The notes: a model not told the origin generated them from the sequence alone. Counted from the first letter of the stretch, positions 21,089 through 31,449 are shown. The stretch: 64,000 nucleotides of DNA from Gemmatimonadaceae bacterium (GCA_051859245.1 JBHYGA010000001.1:1437722-1501721); one strand, 5' to 3'. Translations and numbers: made by a program.

Positions 21089-23563
21089 ATGAGCACGAGC
21101 GCCCGGATTGACGAGCTGCGCAGCAAATTTGACGAAAACCCGCGTCGCTATTTTGCGCCGCTCGCCAACGAGTACCGGAAAGCGGGAGATCTCGACCAGG
21201 CGATAGCGCTGTGTCGGGAACATTTGCCCAAGCAGCCGGGGCACATGAGCGGACACATCGTGTTCGGTCAGGCGCTCTTCGAGCACGGTGAACTGGCCGA
21301 GGCGCAGACGGTGTTCGAGTCGGCGCTCGAGCTCGATCCCGAAAATCTCATTGCGCTCCGACATCTGGGCGATATCGCCCGATCGCGCGGCGATGCGCTG
21401 TCGGCCAAGCGCTGGTACGAGCGCGTGCTCGACGCTGATCCGCGCAACGATGATATCGCGTCGCTGCTGGCCTCGCTGACCCAGCGCATGACGCCCAGCG
21501 CCGCACAGTCACCGTACGGCTCGCCAAACGCGCCCACCGACTACGCGCCACCGATCGCGCCTGCGGCCGCCCCGGAAGATCCCTTCGAATCGGCCGATTC
21601 GCCGCAGTGGCATACGCCGGCGTTTCTCACGCCGCTCGGCTCCCAGGTCGTCTCGCGCACGCCTCCGGCCCCACCAGCGGCGCCGGATCTGCTGGATCTC
21701 GATTCCATGGTTGAGGTACCGGCTGCTGACGCGGCGGCCGACGAAGCGATTGCGTTTGACGCGGCGCTGCTCGCCGGTGCGGGTGACGAACCCCGGGACG
21801 TCGAGGACGATTTCGTGGCGATTGGTTCCGAAACGATCGAAAGCACCGACGAGATCGCGTTCGAGCTGCCGATCGCGATGGACAGTGCCGACGAGATCGC
21901 GTTCGAGCTGCCGATCGCGATGGACAGTGCCGACGAGGTTGCGCTCGAGATTCCGGATTTTCTGGCGACGACGGTCTCAGCCGAAGACATCGCTGATCCG
22001 CTTGCCGTCGCGCTTGATGCGTTCGCCACCAATGATCCGTTCGAAGTGGCTGACGAGCCGAGTCAGGAACTGACGACACCGAGTGCAGTGTCATTCGGGA
22101 CTCTGGATGCGCAAGACGCGCTGATCGAAGTCCACAGTTTCCCTGAAAGTGCGTCGGAGCCTGTTGCGTCTGCTAACGCATTCGATGACGCCGACGCGTT
22201 TGAGGAAGGACTTGTGGCTCAGGAGTGGCCCGACACGTCGGTGTTGAGCAGCCGCGCATTCACGCCCGCGCGCGCTCGCACACCGATTGACAGTGCCGTC
22301 GTTGACGAAGCGTTCGGAAGCGAAGCGGTGGAGCCGGACGTTGCGCCGGAAGCAGAGCCGACCGTCGTGGCGGAAGTGGCCGATAATTCCGAATCGACCA
22401 TCAGCACAGAGTCGCCCGATGATTCTGAAGCGACGTTCACGGCGGAAGTGGTGAACGATTTCGAATCTGCTGCGTCCACTGACGCCGCGGGCGATTTCCA
22501 CGCGGAGCAAGCGGCCGTCGCCGAGTTCGGCGATGATGATGCGGATGAAGACATCGACGTCGCTGAACGCATCACGACGGCCGAGTTCGAAGCCGTTGCG
22601 ATGGTTGACGAAGACCCGCCGGTGTGGAGTGCCGAAGCGCCGTGGAGTGCGGTGGCCGAGGACGAGCACGAGGCCGATGACATGCCTGAGGTCGAGGCGG
22701 CGGAGAGCGAGAGCAATCCGGCGTTCGTCACGGAGACCATGGCCGAGTTGCTGGTTGCGCAGGGCTTCGTTGATCGCGCGATCACGGTGTATGAGGAGCT
22801 CGTCAGCCGTCGTCCGTATGACGAGGTGCTCACGAGCCGCCTGACCGAATTGCGCGCCACGCTGGCGGCCGAGAGCACGCCGACGCAATCGGCCGCGCTC
22901 GCGCAGCCCATACCGTTGTACGGCGTGACGCCCGTCGAGAGCCTGCCGCCGCTTCGCTCGGCCACGCCGGCGTGGAGTGCGACGCCGGCCCGATCGGCCA
23001 CCCCGGCCTGGAGTGCAACGCCGGCTCGCTCGGCCACCCCTCTCAACGTGCCGCTCGTCGCGCCGATGTCGCGCCCCACCGCACGACAGTTCTTCGCGGC
23101 CCTTGCGGCGGTGCGGGTGGCACGTCGCACGCCGGCGTACGGCGCCGTGACGGTCACCTCGCCAACGCCGGCCGACGGGCTGGCCAGTTTGTTTGGCGAC
23201 ATGCCGGTTACCAGTGACGACATGGCGGCGCGCTCGCTCGCGCAGGCGTTCGGCAATCAGGAGGCCATGCAGCCTGGTCCGTCGCTCTTCTCTCCAGCGT
23301 CCGATGAAGAGCGTGAGCGCACGAGCATGAGCGCTGCGCCAGCCATGGAAGCATCGTCATCTGCGTCGTCCTTCTCATTCGACCGGTTCTTTCCGGATCC
23401 GGCCAGCGCGCCGTCGTCCGCGCGCGAAACCACAGAGGGTGCGGAGAAGGGCAGTGCAGTGATAGGTTCCGACGCTGGCAACCCGACGTCTGCTCCGCAG
23501 CCGTCGGCTGGTGAAGACTTGGCTCAGTTTGCCAGCTGGCTGAAGGGGCTTTCCAACTCGTGA
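21089..23563 (+). CDS. TPR protein with long acidic low-complexity linker
   Basis: N-terminal FAPLANEYRKAGDLDQAI TPRs; internal FVTETMAELLVAQG...AITVYEEL motif; C-terminal amphipathic DLAQFASWLKGL. Confidence 0.85.
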   Translation: MSTSARIDELRSKFDENPRRYFAPLANEYRKAGDLDQAIALCREHLPKQPGHMSGHIVFGQALFEHGELAEAQTVFESALELDPENLIALRHLGDIARSRGDALSAKRWYERVLDADPRNDDIASLLASLTQRMTPSAAQSPYGSPNAPTDYAPPIAPAAAPEDPFESADSPQWHTPAFLTPLGSQVVSRTPPAPPAAPDLLDLDSMVEVPAADAAADEAIAFDAALLAGAGDEPRDVEDDFVAIGSETIESTDEIAFELPIAMDSADEIAFELPIAMDSADEVALEIPDFLATTVSAEDIADPLAVALDAFATNDPFEVADEPSQELTTPSAVSFGTLDAQDALIEVHSFPESASEPVASANAFDDADAFEEGLVAQEWPDTSVLSSRAFTPARARTPIDSAVVDEAFGSEAVEPDVAPEAEPTVVAEVADNSESTISTESPDDSEATFTAEVVNDFESAASTDAAGDFHAEQAAVAEFGDDDADEDIDVAERITTAEFEAVAMVDEDPPVWSAEAPWSAVAEDEHEADDMPEVEAAESESNPAFVTETMAELLVAQGFVDRAITVYEELVSRRPYDEVLTSRLTELRATLAAESTPTQSAALAQPIPLYGVTPVESLPPLRSATPAWSATPARSATPAWSATPARSATPLNVPLVAPMSRPTARQFFAALAAVRVARRTPAYGAVTVTSPTPADGLASLFGDMPVTSDDMAARSLAQAFGNQEAMQPGPSLFSPASDEERERTSMSAAPAMEASSSASSFSFDRFFPDPASAPSSARETTEGAEKGSAVIGSDAGNPTSAPQPSAGEDLAQFASWLKGLSNS
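21848..21937 (+). repeat. 42-bp perfect coding duplication (DEIAFELPIAMDSA x2 plus partial third)
   Basis: GACGAGATCGCGTTCGAGCTGCCGATCGCGATGGACAGTGCC occurs twice in tandem. Confidence 0.95.
22955..23044 (+). repeat. 18-bp coding repeat, 5 units alternating RSATPA/WSATPA
   Basis: Encodes RSATPA WSATPA RSATPA WSATPA RSATPL. Confidence 0.92.
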
Positions 23564-23570
23564 GTCTGGT

Positions 23571-24008
23571 GTGCGCATTGGTGTTCTGAACGGCCCGAAT
23601 CTGAATCTGCTCGGCACGCGCGAGCCCACAGTCTACGGCACCACAACACTCGCGCAGATCGATGCTGAGCTGCAGGCGATCGCACGGGAACTGGACATCG
23701 AGCTGGTGTCCGTGCAAAAAAACGGCGAAGGCGAACTCATTGATGTCCTGCACGGATGGCAACATTCCGTGCAGGGCATTCTGGTGAATGCGGGCGCGTA
23801 TACACACACCAGTCTGGCACTGCGCGATGCGCTGACCGGGATCGCGATCCCGTTCGTCGAAGTGCATCTGAGCAACATCTATGCGCGAGAGCCGGAACGT
23901 CGGCATTCGATGCTGGCGTCGGCCGCTGTGGGCATGATTACCGGGCTTGGCGCGGCCGGCTACGGTCTGGCGCTGCGTGGTCTCGTCGCGCGTTTGCGCG
24001 CCGTCTGA
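23571..24008 (+). CDS. aroQ: Type II 3-dehydroquinate dehydratase
   Basis: LNGPNLNLLGTREP..YG, NAGAYTHTS, EVHLSNIYAREPERRHS. Confidence 0.97.
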   Translation: MRIGVLNGPNLNLLGTREPTVYGTTTLAQIDAELQAIARELDIELVSVQKNGEGELIDVLHGWQHSVQGILVNAGAYTHTSLALRDALTGIAIPFVEVHLSNIYAREPERRHSMLASAAVGMITGLGAAGYGLALRGLVARLRAV

Positions 24009-24017
24009 GCGCAGTCC

Positions 24018-25106
24018 ATGGCTGATCCCAAACGCGCTCGAGTGAGCGCTGTGCGCGACGTGCTGGCCGCGCAGGATCTGGACGCGCTGCTCGTGTCCCA
24101 CCTGCCCAACATCCGGTGGCTGACTGGCTTCTCGGGCAGCAGCGCGCTGCTCGTGGTTACGGCGCTCGAGGTGGTGTTGCTCACGGACTTTCGTTACGCC
24201 ACCCAGGTCGAGTCTGAGGTGTCGCCCAATGTGCGTGTAGTGATTGTGGCCGAGAGTCTCTGGACGGAGCTCTGGGAGGTGTTGGGCGGCATGTTGGCCG
24301 TGCAGCGCCTGGGCTTCGATTCCACGCACCTCGTACACCGCGATTTTCAGCGGCTGCTCGAACAGGGCAAGCGTTGGCAATGGCGGCCAACTTCCGAGCT
24401 CATCGAGACGCTGCGCGAGTCGAAAGACGAGACCGAGATCGCGGCGATTCGTCGCGCGATTGTAATGGCCGAAACTGCGCTCGCGGCAACGCTGGAACAG
24501 CTCCGTCCGGGCCTGACGGAAACGGCTGTGGCAGGCGTGCTCGAGAAGGCACTGCGCGACGCGGGGAGCGAGGAATATCCGTTCTCGTCCATCGTGGCGT
24601 CGGGCCCGAACTCGGCGCTGCCTCACGCTCGTGCAGGAAGGCGCGAGCTTGAACGGGGCGACTTTGTCCTGCTGGACTTTGGGGCGGTTGCTGACGGCTA
24701 CTGTTCAGATATCACCCGGACCGTGGTACTGGGCCGGGCGTCGGCCGAGCAGCTGGAGGTGTACGAGGTTGTTCGCGAGGCAAATGCCCGGGCGTCGGCG
24801 GCAGTTCGTCCCGGAATGAAGGGGATGGATGCCGATGCGGTCGCGCGCGAGTACATTCACGCGCGCGGGTTTGGCGAGGCTTTTGGCCACAGCCTTGGGC
24901 ACGGGATCGGTCTTGAGGTACATGAGGCCCCTCGTCTCGCCAAAACTGCGGAAGCTGTGCTCCCATTGGGGGCGGTAGTAACCATTGAACCCGGGATCTA
25001 TCGGGCAGGGTGGGGTGGCATTCGGATAGAGGACAACGTCCTGCTCACGGAGCAAGGAGCGGTTGTGCTTACAGGATTCCATCGCAACTTGCTGGAGATC
25101 GCGTAA
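24018..25106 (+). CDS. Xaa-Pro aminopeptidase (M24B)
   Basis: Creatinase N-domain, LDFG...GYCSDITRT, HSLGHGIGLEVHE, TIEPGIY, GIRIED. Confidence 0.93.
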   Translation: MADPKRARVSAVRDVLAAQDLDALLVSHLPNIRWLTGFSGSSALLVVTALEVVLLTDFRYATQVESEVSPNVRVVIVAESLWTELWEVLGGMLAVQRLGFDSTHLVHRDFQRLLEQGKRWQWRPTSELIETLRESKDETEIAAIRRAIVMAETALAATLEQLRPGLTETAVAGVLEKALRDAGSEEYPFSSIVASGPNSALPHARAGRRELERGDFVLLDFGAVADGYCSDITRTVVLGRASAEQLEVYEVVREANARASAAVRPGMKGMDADAVAREYIHARGFGEAFGHSLGHGIGLEVHEAPRLAKTAEAVLPLGAVVTIEPGIYRAGWGGIRIEDNVLLTEQGAVVLTGFHRNLLEIA

Positions 25107-25176
25107 CTCGCGGGGTGGTGGCGGCACGTCGGTGCCGCGCGTCCCTCGCCCGACTGCGTCGTAGAGACCGCCAGAC

Positions 25177-25671
25177 ATGATTGATCTGCGCTATGTGAAG
25201 AAGGTGATTGAAATGCTCGACCAGTCCTCCGTGGACTCGATCGAAATTTCATCCGACAAGGGGATGAAGCTGCGCATTTCGAAGAGCCCGCCTCAAAGGG
25301 GCGGCACAATCCAGATGGCCGCGCCCATGAACGCGCCTGCGGCCGTGTTGCCTCCGGCCGCGCCTGCGCGTCCTGCGGACGAGGGGGGACGCGTGGCGAC
25401 GCCACCGGTCGAGGCGCCGCGCACGACCCTGCTTGAGATCAAGTCGCCGATGGTGGGCACGTATTACCAGTCTCCGGAACCGAGTGCCAAAGCCTACGTG
25501 GCGGTTGGTGACCGGATTGCCAAGGGGCAGGTGGTCTGCATCATCGAAGCGATGAAAATCATGAACGAGCTCGAGTCCGAAGTCGACGGCATTGTTCGCG
25601 AGATCAACGTGAATGACGCGCAGCCGGTTGAATACGGACAAGTGCTCTTCCGCATCGACCCGAACGGCTGA
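25177..25671 (+). CDS. accB: Acetyl-CoA carboxylase biotin carboxyl carrier protein
   Basis: IKSPMVGTYY, biotinylation motif EAMKIMNE, VEYGQVLF. Confidence 0.97.
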   Translation: MIDLRYVKKVIEMLDQSSVDSIEISSDKGMKLRISKSPPQRGGTIQMAAPMNAPAAVLPPAAPARPADEGGRVATPPVEAPRTTLLEIKSPMVGTYYQSPEPSAKAYVAVGDRIAKGQVVCIIEAMKIMNELESEVDGIVREINVNDAQPVEYGQVLFRIDPNG

Positions 25672-25681
25672 GAAACTTCCT

Positions 25682-26848
25682 ATGACGATGGTCTCCGGCG
25701 CACAACCCAGTACATCAGCGCCGGCGAGCCTCGATCTGAAGGCCGCCTTGCAGCGCATGGTGACGGAAGGCGCGTCCGACTTGCACCTCAAAGTCGGACG
25801 GCCGCCAACCTTGCGTTTGCACGGCGACCTGATCGCGTTGCCCATGGCACCGCTTCGTCCAGAAGAACTGCGCACGTTGGCGGAGCATCTGCTGCCGCCC
25901 GCGCAGCTGCGTGAGTTCGTGGAAATGCGCGAAGCCGACTTCGCGATCAACGTGCCGGGCATCGGCCGTTTTCGTGTGAACGTGTACCAGCAAAAAGGCA
26001 CCGTGGCATTTGCCATGCGCGCCATTGCGCACGCGGCGAACTCCATTCGCGAACTCAACTTGCCGCCCGTGCTTGAGCAGATCGCGCTCAAGCCGCGAGG
26101 TCTGGTGCTCGTCACGGGCGTCACGGGATCCGGCAAGAGCACGGCGCTGGCCGCGATGGTGCATCACATCAACGAGCGTCGCTCCGCGAACATCATCACG
26201 ATCGAAGATCCGATCGAGTTTGTGCATCGCGACGTGAAGAGCCACATCAATCAGCGCGAAGTCGGCACCGATACCGCCACGTTTGCGCAGGCGTTACGTC
26301 GCGTGCTGCGTCAGGACCCCGACGTGGTCATGATCGGTGAAATTCGAGATCTCGAAACGCTCGACGTTGCGCTCAAGGCGGCCGGTACCGGTCACCTGGT
26401 GTTCTCCACGCTGCACACCACCGACGCGACGCTCACGATCAACCGTATTCTCTCGTTCTATCCGCCTCACCAGCAGAACGAAGTGCGGTTCGCACTCGCC
26501 AATGCACTTGAGGCGGTTGTGTCGTTACGTCTCGTGCCGCGGGCCGATCAGCCAGGCCGCGTACCGGCGTGCGAAGTCCTCGTGAACACCGGCGCTGTAC
26601 GCGAGCAGATCCGCGACCTCAAGGCCACACTGAATATTCCCGACCTCATTCGTGAGGGCAGTGTGGCGTACGGCATGCAGACCTTCGACCAGTCGCTCAT
26701 GACCTGGTACAGCAAGGGCATGATCTCGTACGAAAACGCGCTCTTCTACGCCTCGAGTCCGAGCGAGTTCGCGCTCAAGATTCAGGGTGTCGACGGCGCC
26801 AGCGACCAGTCGTTCGACGGCTTCAAGCCCGGCTCCGGCGCGATGTAA
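25682..26848 (+). CDS. PilT/PilU family type IV pilus retraction ATPase
   Basis: ASDLHL, GRFRVNVY, Walker A GVTGSGKST, TIEDPIEF, LRQDPDVVMIGEIRD, GHLVFSTLHT, GMQTFDQSL; lacks canonical AIRNLIRE (has AVREQIRD). Confidence 0.93.
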   Translation: MTMVSGAQPSTSAPASLDLKAALQRMVTEGASDLHLKVGRPPTLRLHGDLIALPMAPLRPEELRTLAEHLLPPAQLREFVEMREADFAINVPGIGRFRVNVYQQKGTVAFAMRAIAHAANSIRELNLPPVLEQIALKPRGLVLVTGVTGSGKSTALAAMVHHINERRSANIITIEDPIEFVHRDVKSHINQREVGTDTATFAQALRRVLRQDPDVVMIGEIRDLETLDVALKAAGTGHLVFSTLHTTDATLTINRILSFYPPHQQNEVRFALANALEAVVSLRLVPRADQPGRVPACEVLVNTGAVREQIRDLKATLNIPDLIREGSVAYGMQTFDQSLMTWYSKGMISYENALFYASSPSEFALKIQGVDGASDQSFDGFKPGSGAM

Positions 26849-27051
26849 ACCGGTTCCCATCCGCGGCGTAAGCGCGGGTGGCTGACGCAAATGGGCCCGG
26901 ATTCGCGCCCATGACTGGCGGGAAGTGAGTCGTATCGCCACTCTTCGGCGTGATCCGATCTGGTCGTTTTCACGCGGCCGGTTTTCCTGTGGTCGGATTG
27001 CCGCCGGACTGACATCCGTCGTCGCGGCGCGATGGCCCCCTGCAAACCGTC

Positions 27052-28410
27052 ATGTTCAAAAAGGTCCTGATTGCCAATCGCGGCGAGATCGCCCTTCGCG
27101 TGATTCGGGCGTGTCGCGAGCTCGGCGTGCAAACTGTTGCCGTCTACTCCGAAGCAGATCGCGAATCACTGCATGTGCGCTTTGCCGACGATGACGTGTG
27201 CATTGGTCCGGCGCCCAGCCGCGACTCGTATTTGCGTATTCCTCGCCTGATCGCGGCGGCCGAGATTACGGGTGCCGACGCCATTCACCCAGGCTACGGA
27301 TTCCTGGCCGAGAACGCCGAGTTCGCGGAAACGTGTGCGGCGTCCGGTATCACGTTCATCGGCCCCACCCCGGATCAGATCCGCGTGATGGGCGATAAAG
27401 CGTCCGCGCGGCGTGCCATGGCCGCGGTTGGCGTGCCGATCGTGCCCGGTTCGCCGGGACCCGTTGAAGACGTGGACGAGGCGCTCGCCTTCGCGCGCGA
27501 GATTGGCTTCCCGGTCATCATCAAGGCCGCGGCCGGTGGCGGTGGCAAGGGCATGCGCGTCGCGCGCGACCCCGATGATTTTGCGCGCTCGTTCCAGCTT
27601 GCGCGCAGCGAAGCACTGAGTGCGTTTGGCAACGGCGATGTGTACGTGGAGAAATTCCTCGAGCGCCCGCGACACGTGGAGTTCCAGGTGCTCGGTGACT
27701 CCAAGGGACATGTGATTCATCTTGGTGAGCGTGACTGTTCCGTGCAGCGTCGCCACCAGAAACTGATTGAAGAGGCACCGTGCCCGGTGATGACGCCGGA
27801 ACTGCGCGAGCGAATGGGTGAAGCCGCGGTGCGCGGTGCGCAGGCCATCAATTATGTTGGTGCCGGCACCGTGGAAATGCTGCTGGATACCGACGGTTCG
27901 TTCTACTTCATGGAGATGAACACGCGCATTCAGGTTGAGCATCCGGTCACGGAAATGCTCACTGGCGTGGATCTCGTGAAGGAACAGATTCGTGTGGCCT
28001 CCGGTGAAGAGCTCACCGTGAAAACGTTGCCGGCCTTTCGTGGCCACGTGATCGAGTGTCGTGTGAACGCCGAAGATCCGGCGCGCAACTTTCAACCGTC
28101 GCCCGGACTCATTCACACCTTCCATCCACCGGGTGGTCCGGGGGTACGCGTGGATACGCACGTGTACGCCGGCTACACAGTGCCGCCGTACTACGACTCA
28201 TTGCTGGCGAAGCTGATCGTGCAGGGTCGCGATCGCCCTGAAGCCATTCGTCGCATGCAAATCGCGCTCGAAAGTTTTGTGGTGGAAGGCGTGACCACCA
28301 CGATTCCGTTTCTCGCGCGTGTGATGCAGCATCCGAATTTCATGCGTGGTGATGTTCACACCAAGTTCCTTGAGTTCGAAGGCGCGGAGTTGATGAAGGA
28401 GCCGGGGTGA
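27052..28410 (+). CDS. accC: Acetyl-CoA carboxylase biotin carboxylase
   Basis: [57 protein letters not shown]. Confidence 0.98.
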   Translation: MFKKVLIANRGEIALRVIRACRELGVQTVAVYSEADRESLHVRFADDDVCIGPAPSRDSYLRIPRLIAAAEITGADAIHPGYGFLAENAEFAETCAASGITFIGPTPDQIRVMGDKASARRAMAAVGVPIVPGSPGPVEDVDEALAFAREIGFPVIIKAAAGGGGKGMRVARDPDDFARSFQLARSEALSAFGNGDVYVEKFLERPRHVEFQVLGDSKGHVIHLGERDCSVQRRHQKLIEEAPCPVMTPELRERMGEAAVRGAQAINYVGAGTVEMLLDTDGSFYFMEMNTRIQVEHPVTEMLTGVDLVKEQIRVASGEELTVKTLPAFRGHVIECRVNAEDPARNFQPSPGLIHTFHPPGGPGVRVDTHVYAGYTVPPYYDSLLAKLIVQGRDRPEAIRRMQIALESFVVEGVTTTIPFLARVMQHPNFMRGDVHTKFLEFEGAELMKEPG

Positions 28411-29156
28411 TGCGAGCGGACGTGCTGCTCGGTGAAGCTTCGCCGACGCCGTCCGATGTTGCTGGGCGTGTGGTCGTGGTAATCGACGTGTTGCGCGCCA
28501 CGACCGTCATGATTCAGGCGCTGGCCAATGGCGCACGGGCAATCGTGCCGTGCGCTGAGGTCGCTGGCGCTGTGGCCACCGCGCAGCGGTATGATCGAAG
28601 TGATGTGTGCTTGGCCGGTGAGCGCAACTCGCGGCCCATTGACGGATTCGATTTCGGCAACTCGCCGCAGCTCATGCGTCGTGAGGCGGTGGAACGTCGC
28701 ACCGTGATCATGACCACAACCAATGGCACGCGCGCGCTGCTCGGCACGCACGGTGCGCGCGAAGTGTTGGTTGCAGCGTTTGTGAATCTGTCCGCGATCG
28801 TATACGCGGTCGCACGCGCGACTGCCGACGGCACAGATCTGCTCATCGTGTGTGCGGGCCAGGACCGACATTTTGCACTCGAAGACGCAGCCTGTGCCGG
28901 CGTCCTGCTCAACGAGCTGGCGCGCCTTCGCCGAGGCATAGTGTTTGGTGACGCGGCGTCGCTCGTTCGACAGCTTGGTCGGCGCTACGCCAAGGAGCCC
29001 GCCCGCCTCGCGCACGATGCAGCGCATGCGCACTCGCTGACTACCTCCGGTTTTGCGGACGATGTGCGATACTGTCTGATGCGCGATTCCATTCCTCTCG
29101 TTGCCACCTATTCAGACCGACAGGTCACCCGTGAGCGGAACTTCTCTCCGGCGTGA
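28410..29156 (+). CDS. 2-phosphosulfolactate phosphatase family (ComB-like)
   Basis: VVIDVLRATT, LAGER, GFDFGNSP, TTTNGT, FALED. Confidence 0.9.
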   Translation: MRADVLLGEASPTPSDVAGRVVVVIDVLRATTVMIQALANGARAIVPCAEVAGAVATAQRYDRSDVCLAGERNSRPIDGFDFGNSPQLMRREAVERRTVIMTTTNGTRALLGTHGAREVLVAAFVNLSAIVYAVARATADGTDLLIVCAGQDRHFALEDAACAGVLLNELARLRRGIVFGDAASLVRQLGRRYAKEPARLAHDAAHAHSLTTSGFADDVRYCLMRDSIPLVATYSDRQVTRERNFSPA

Positions 29157-31449
29157 GTTCGCGTCCATCGGATTGGCGTTGTTTGCGGTGTTCCTGGTCG
29201 GAGCACTGCTGCTGCAGCGTGTGCCGGCGAGTGGCGTGTGTTTTGACGCGACCGGATTGTTTGGTCCGGTGGGCACGTTTGTGCGCTGTGTCCTCGTTGG
29301 CGCGGTTGGCATTCCCGGTGCGCTGCTGATCGCGGGTGCCAGCGCTCTGGTGGCGTTGCGGCTGGTCGGCCGATTCGGTGACACGTCCACGCACGATGCA
29401 ACACGCGCGGCGATGCTGGCGGCGGGCGCGGTTTTGCTCGTCCCCGTTGCGATTGCGCTTGTGCGCGGCGGCGAACCCGAAGGCAGCAGCGCCAGCGGTC
29501 TCTGGGGAAGTTTTGTCGCGCACTATTTGCGAAAATTCCTCGGCGCGGCCGGCGCGTGGATTGTGTGGGTGCTCGGCGCCAGCGCGCTCACGGTGTTTAC
29601 AATTCGCTGGAATCCGTTGCGTGTCGTGATGGCGCCGCCCGCCGGTGGTGGCGTGCGCGCCGCGGCAGCGACGGCACGACAAACGTTGGCCGAACGACTC
29701 GCGCCGGAGCCTGAAGAGCTGCCGGCGATTGATCCGGTCGTCGCGCGGGAAATGGCGCAGCCGATTGTGGAGGCCGTGACCGCGTCGCCGCGCGACACCA
29801 GGAAGTCGCGCAAGCCGTCGAGATCGGATGGTGTGAGTGGCGATCTGTTTGGCGTTGACGCGGTGCTCGATCATGAGGCGCGCGCTGCGGCGGCTGGTGA
29901 TGACGAACTGCCGTCTACAGCGCTCCTCAGTGCGCCGCCCGCACGTCGCGAAGACGCTGGCCGCGAAGCGCTTGATCAGGCAGGCGAAAAGCTGATGGCC
30001 ACATTACGCACGTTCAAAGTGGACGGCGAACTGGTCGGCCGCACCAGTGGACCCACGGTCACGCAGTTCGAGATTGAACCGGCCGCCGGTGTAAAGGTGC
30101 GACAGATCGCCGCACTCGCCGACGATCTGGCCCTGGCCATGCGCGCGCCGAGCATTCGCATCGTGGCGCCGATTCCAGGACGCGGTGCGGTGGGCGTCGA
30201 GGTGCCCAATCCCACACCTGAAACCGTGTACCTGCGCGAAGTGATTGAGTCGCGCGAGTTTCAGCTGGCGCGCGCGGCGCTTCCAGTGGCGCTGGGTAAG
30301 GACCTGGAAGGGCGCGCGGTGATTGCGGATCTCGCCAAGATGCCGCACTTGCTCATTGCGGGCGCCACGGGCAGCGGCAAATCGGTGTGCGTGAACACGA
30401 TCATCACAAGTCTCGTGTATCGGCACACGCCGCGTACACTGCGTTTCCTGATGGTCGATCCCAAAATGGTCGAGCTCAGCGTGTACAACACGCTGCCGCA
30501 TTTGCGTCACAAGGTGATTACTGACAATCGTGACGCCGCTGCGGTACTCAAGTGGGCCGTGCTCGAAATGCAGGAGCGCTACCGGCTGCTTGAAGCCAAT
30601 GCGTGTCGTAATCTGCAGGAGTTCAACAAGCGCGCCTCGGCACACGAAGCAGGTGAAGGTCCGGCGTTGCGTTTTCCCAAGTCGCCCGACGTCGCGTTCG
30701 AGGATCGCACGTATACCGGCGGGCCGCTGCCGTACATCGTGGTGGTGATCGACGAAATGGCCGATCTCATGATGACGGTGCAGGGTGAAGTGGAAACACC
30801 AATCGCAATGCTGGCGCAGAAAGCTCGCGCGATTGGTATTCACCTGATTCTGGCGACGCAGCGTCCCAGCGTGAACGTGATCACGGGTTTGATCAAAGCA
30901 AACTTTCCCTGTCGCATCGCGTTCCGCGTGGCGTCGCAGGTGGATAGTCGCACCATCATTGACGGCGCTGGTGCCGAAGCGCTGCTCGGCAACGGCGACA
31001 TGCTGTTCATTCCGCCAGGGAAATCAGAGCCGGCGCGTTTGCAGGGCGCGTACCTGTCAAGCGAAGAGACCGAACAGTTGATGGCGTGGTACACGAACGA
31101 ACGGGACAAGCGTGCGGCCACGGCGGCTGGACTTGAGTTCGCCGAACCCGACATTCTGGAAACGGTACGCGCACTCGACGCCAAGGATGACGAGGACGGC
31201 GACGATGACGGTGTGGACGGCGATCGTGATGCACGATTCCGTGAGGCGGCAGAAATCGTGATTCATCAGCGACAGGGATCCACGTCGTTGTTGCAAAGAA
31301 AAATGAAGGTGGGCTACGGTCGCGCCGCTCGCATGATCGACCAGCTCGAGGCGGCGGGTGTGCTTTCCGCCTCAGAGGGGGCGTCGAAACCGCGCGAGGT
31401 GCTGGTGGGACTAGCCGATCTGGATCGGATCTGCGGAAGACAAGGCTGA
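29131..31449 (+). CDS. ftsK: DNA translocase FtsK
   Basis: N-terminal TM domain, MPHLLIAGATGSGKSV, DPKMVEL, IDEMADLMM, ATQRPSV, GAEALLGNGDML, gamma domain STSLLQRKMKVGYGRAAR. Confidence 0.96.
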   Translation: MSGTSLRREFASIGLALFAVFLVGALLLQRVPASGVCFDATGLFGPVGTFVRCVLVGAVGIPGALLIAGASALVALRLVGRFGDTSTHDATRAAMLAAGAVLLVPVAIALVRGGEPEGSSASGLWGSFVAHYLRKFLGAAGAWIVWVLGASALTVFTIRWNPLRVVMAPPAGGGVRAAAATARQTLAERLAPEPEELPAIDPVVAREMAQPIVEAVTASPRDTRKSRKPSRSDGVSGDLFGVDAVLDHEARAAAAGDDELPSTALLSAPPARREDAGREALDQAGEKLMATLRTFKVDGELVGRTSGPTVTQFEIEPAAGVKVRQIAALADDLALAMRAPSIRIVAPIPGRGAVGVEVPNPTPETVYLREVIESREFQLARAALPVALGKDLEGRAVIADLAKMPHLLIAGATGSGKSVCVNTIITSLVYRHTPRTLRFLMVDPKMVELSVYNTLPHLRHKVITDNRDAAAVLKWAVLEMQERYRLLEANACRNLQEFNKRASAHEAGEGPALRFPKSPDVAFEDRTYTGGPLPYIVVVIDEMADLMMTVQGEVETPIAMLAQKARAIGIHLILATQRPSVNVITGLIKANFPCRIAFRVASQVDSRTIIDGAGAEALLGNGDMLFIPPGKSEPARLQGAYLSSEETEQLMAWYTNERDKRAATAAGLEFAEPDILETVRALDAKDDEDGDDDGVDGDRDARFREAAEIVIHQRQGSTSLLQRKMKVGYGRAARMIDQLEAAGVLSASEGASKPREVLVGLADLDRICGRQG

